64,000 nucleotides of DNA from an uncultured Actinomycetota bacterium (lineage in GTDB: Bacteria; Actinomycetota; Actinomycetes; CAVWCF01), in NCBI GenBank assembly GCA_963753435.1, contig CAVWCF010000001.1, forward strand, positions 160,001 through 224,000, read 5' to 3'. The notes beneath the pieces are model-generated. The model was not told the DNA's origin and did not search any database. It saw nothing but the letters and a program-made list of their open reading frames with translations. Numbering within the stretch: position 1 is the first letter of the stretch; every line of letters begins with the position of its first letter. Shown in pieces: positions 61,996 to 64,000 of this stretch. Both the position numbers and the translations under genes were made by a program.

Positions 61996-62844
61996 ATGGC
62001 CGACGCGGCTCGCCTTGAGTCTTTTGACCGCGACGGCCTGCGGTTCGACGTTGTCGACCAAGGTCCACTAACCGGGCCGGCGATCGTGCTGCTGCACGGA
62101 TTCCCGCAGGACTCCAGTTGCTGGCGTGATGTCACACCGTTGCTGACCGCGGCTGGATGTCGAACCCTCGCCCCCGATCAACGCGGGTACTCGCCGCAGG
62201 CCCGCCCACATGGGCGCAACGCCTACCGGCAGCGGGAATTGGTCGACGACGTGATCGGGCTCCTGGACGCCGCCGACATCGAACGTGTCCATCTGATCGG
62301 ACATGACTGGGGCGGATTTGTCGCCTGGGGGGTGGCGGCCACGCACCCGGATCGCGTGGCAGCGATGACGGTGCTGTCCACGCCCCATCCGGCCGCGTTC
62401 GTCAACTCGATGTTGCACGGACAGGCATTGCGGTCCTGGTACATGGCGGCGGTGCAGTTGCCGGTTCTGCCCGAGATGCTGCTGCGGCCCGGTAGTCGGG
62501 TTTGGCAATCCCTGCAGCAAGGGCTGGGATCAGAAGCGGCCGATGCGTACAAGCAGCGCCTGTCCGAACCGGGGGCAGCGACCGCAGCGCTCAACTGGTA
62601 CCGAGCGTTGCCTGCCGACCTGAGGCAGCCGTCTGTTCGCGTTGGCTCGATCGCGGTGCCGACGCAGTACGTGTGGGGGGAGAAGGACCCCTTCCTCGGT
62701 CGGCAGGCCGCGGAACGCACAGCGGCATACGTACGTGGGCCGTATCGATTCCGACCGCTGCCGCGAGCAGGTCACTGGCTGCCAGAGCGCAATGCTCGGC
62801 AGGTGGCCGATCTGGTGCTCGAATGGTCCGAAGAGGTTGGCTGA
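61996..62844 (+). CDS. Alpha/beta hydrolase, epoxide-hydrolase-like
   Basis: LLHGFP, DQRGYS, GHDWGG, NWYRA, GHW. Confidence 0.92.
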   Translation: MADAARLESFDRDGLRFDVVDQGPLTGPAIVLLHGFPQDSSCWRDVTPLLTAAGCRTLAPDQRGYSPQARPHGRNAYRQRELVDDVIGLLDAADIERVHLIGHDWGGFVAWGVAATHPDRVAAMTVLSTPHPAAFVNSMLHGQALRSWYMAAVQLPVLPEMLLRPGSRVWQSLQQGLGSEAADAYKQRLSEPGAATAALNWYRALPADLRQPSVRVGSIAVPTQYVWGEKDPFLGRQAAERTAAYVRGPYRFRPLPRAGHWLPERNARQVADLVLEWSEEVG

Positions 62845-62865
62845 GCTGTGAACGGAAGGCCCGGA

Positions 62866-63693
62866 ATGGACGATTACCGTGCGGTAAACCGCGCGAACTG
62901 GGACGAACGAGCGCCGGCTCACGCCGCTTCGCCGGACTACGCGGTAGATCGCTTCATCGCTGATCCCACCTTCATCAGTGGAGTGGTGGCGTTCGATCGA
63001 CCGCGTCTGGGTGACATCGCCGGGCTGCGCGGCGTGCACCTGCAGTGCCACATCGGCACCGACACCGTCTCGTTGGCCCGGCTGGGCGCGGAGATGACGG
63101 GGCTGGACTTCTCCGCGGCGTCGCTGGTCGAGGCCCGCGACCTGGCTGACCGAGCCGGGGCTCAAGTGAGTTTCGTCGAGGGCGACGTGTACGACGCCGT
63201 GGACCTGCTCGGGGCAGCGCAATTCGACTTCGTCTACACCGGCATCGGCGCGATCGGTTGGCTGCCGAGCATCGATCGGTGGGCTGAAGTTGTGTCCGGC
63301 CTGCTACGGCCCGGTGGCCGGCTGTTCATGCGCGAGGGTCATCCCGTCCTGTACTCCCTGGCGGATGGTCGAACTGATCAGCTGCTTGTCATCGAGTACC
63401 CGTACTTCGAGCAGGTCGAACCCTTGGTGTGGGACGAGCCCGGCACCTACGTACGAACCGAGGCAGAGTTCGAAAGCACCATCACCCACGAGTGGAACCG
63501 TGGGCTGGGGGAGATAGCCACGGCCCTGCTCGATCACGGGATGACGCTCACCATGCTGGTTGAGCACGACAGCGTCCCGTGGGAGGCCCTGCCAGGTCAG
63601 ATGCGAACACTGCCGGGGGGCGAGTGGCAGTTGGCCGATCGGCCACAGCGGTTGCCGCACTCCTACACCGTGCAGGCGGTGCTCGGGGAGTAG
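62866..63693 (+). CDS. Class I SAM-dependent methyltransferase
   Basis: NRANWD, HLQCHIGTD, GLDFS, LRPGG. Confidence 0.9.
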   Translation: MDDYRAVNRANWDERAPAHAASPDYAVDRFIADPTFISGVVAFDRPRLGDIAGLRGVHLQCHIGTDTVSLARLGAEMTGLDFSAASLVEARDLADRAGAQVSFVEGDVYDAVDLLGAAQFDFVYTGIGAIGWLPSIDRWAEVVSGLLRPGGRLFMREGHPVLYSLADGRTDQLLVIEYPYFEQVEPLVWDEPGTYVRTEAEFESTITHEWNRGLGEIATALLDHGMTLTMLVEHDSVPWEALPGQMRTLPGGEWQLADRPQRLPHSYTVQAVLGE

Positions 63694-63738
63694 GCGCGGT
63701 TGCGCTATTGGGGGCGAAGCGCTAGCTAGGGTCGGAGC

Positions 63739-64000
63739 ATGGCTGTCGCGTCCACGATGCTCGAACTGGGCTCCCCAATGCCGGACTTCGCGCTTGCGGA
63801 CGTGGCAGACGGAACGCTACGGCGGTCAACGGACTTCGGCGGCAGGGCGCTCGTGGTGGCGTTCATCTGCAACCACTGCCCGTACGTCAAGCGCATCGCA
63901 TCCGGTCTAGCCGAATTCAGCCGGGACTATGCCGACGCGGATGTGTCGATGGTCGGTATCGCCTCCAATGACGCGGTTGCCTACCCCGAAGACGCACCCG
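63739..64000 (+). CDS. Thioredoxin/peroxiredoxin-like protein (3'-truncated by window edge)
   Basis: My translation: MAVASTMLELGSPMPDFAL...FICNHCPYVK...SNDAVAYPEDAP; TAGGGT 6 nt before ATG. Confidence 0.9.
   Translation, partial: MAVASTMLELGSPMPDFALADVADGTLRRSTDFGGRALVVAFICNHCPYVKRIASGLAEFSRDYADADVSMVGIASNDAVAYPEDAP

Overview
High-GC actinobacterial chromosome, almost entirely conserved core genes on the + strand: coaBC(partial)-metK-priA-def-fmt-rsmB-rpe-ribD-ribE-ribBA-ribH-hisE-hisG-sseB-aquaporin-infC-rpmI-rplT-trmH-pheS-pheT-argCJBDRGH, a small minus-strand insert, mpg-tyrS, a complete 16S-23S-5S rRNA operon, then the TPR...tlyA-ppnK-recN-steA-steB-pyrG-NUDIX-ald-xerD-parA-scpA-scpB-rluB...aroH-tyrA-cmk-der block, tRNA-Pro(GGG), and an accessory tail (MFS transporter, GTP-type PEPCK, alpha/beta hydrolase, methyltransferase, partial redoxin). 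I see no CRISPR array, prophage, IS or defence island. The notable signals are small and mostly regulatory: (1) pyrG appears leaderless, with C7-C8-G9 start-site geometry matching the CTP-sensing pyrC promoter, which suggests a CTP-controlled leaderless on/off switch; (2) an unannotated 41-aa leaderless ORF sits behind a perfect CRP box at class-II distance; (3) two compensating frameshifts recode seven 57-bp repeats in the TPR gene; (4) an orphan Trp-rich ORF and an Rv0909-like antitoxin gene lie next to a decayed duplicate of an internal mpg fragment; (5) rluB apparently needs a CTG start. All calls come from reading the sequence and recognising motifs; no searches were run.
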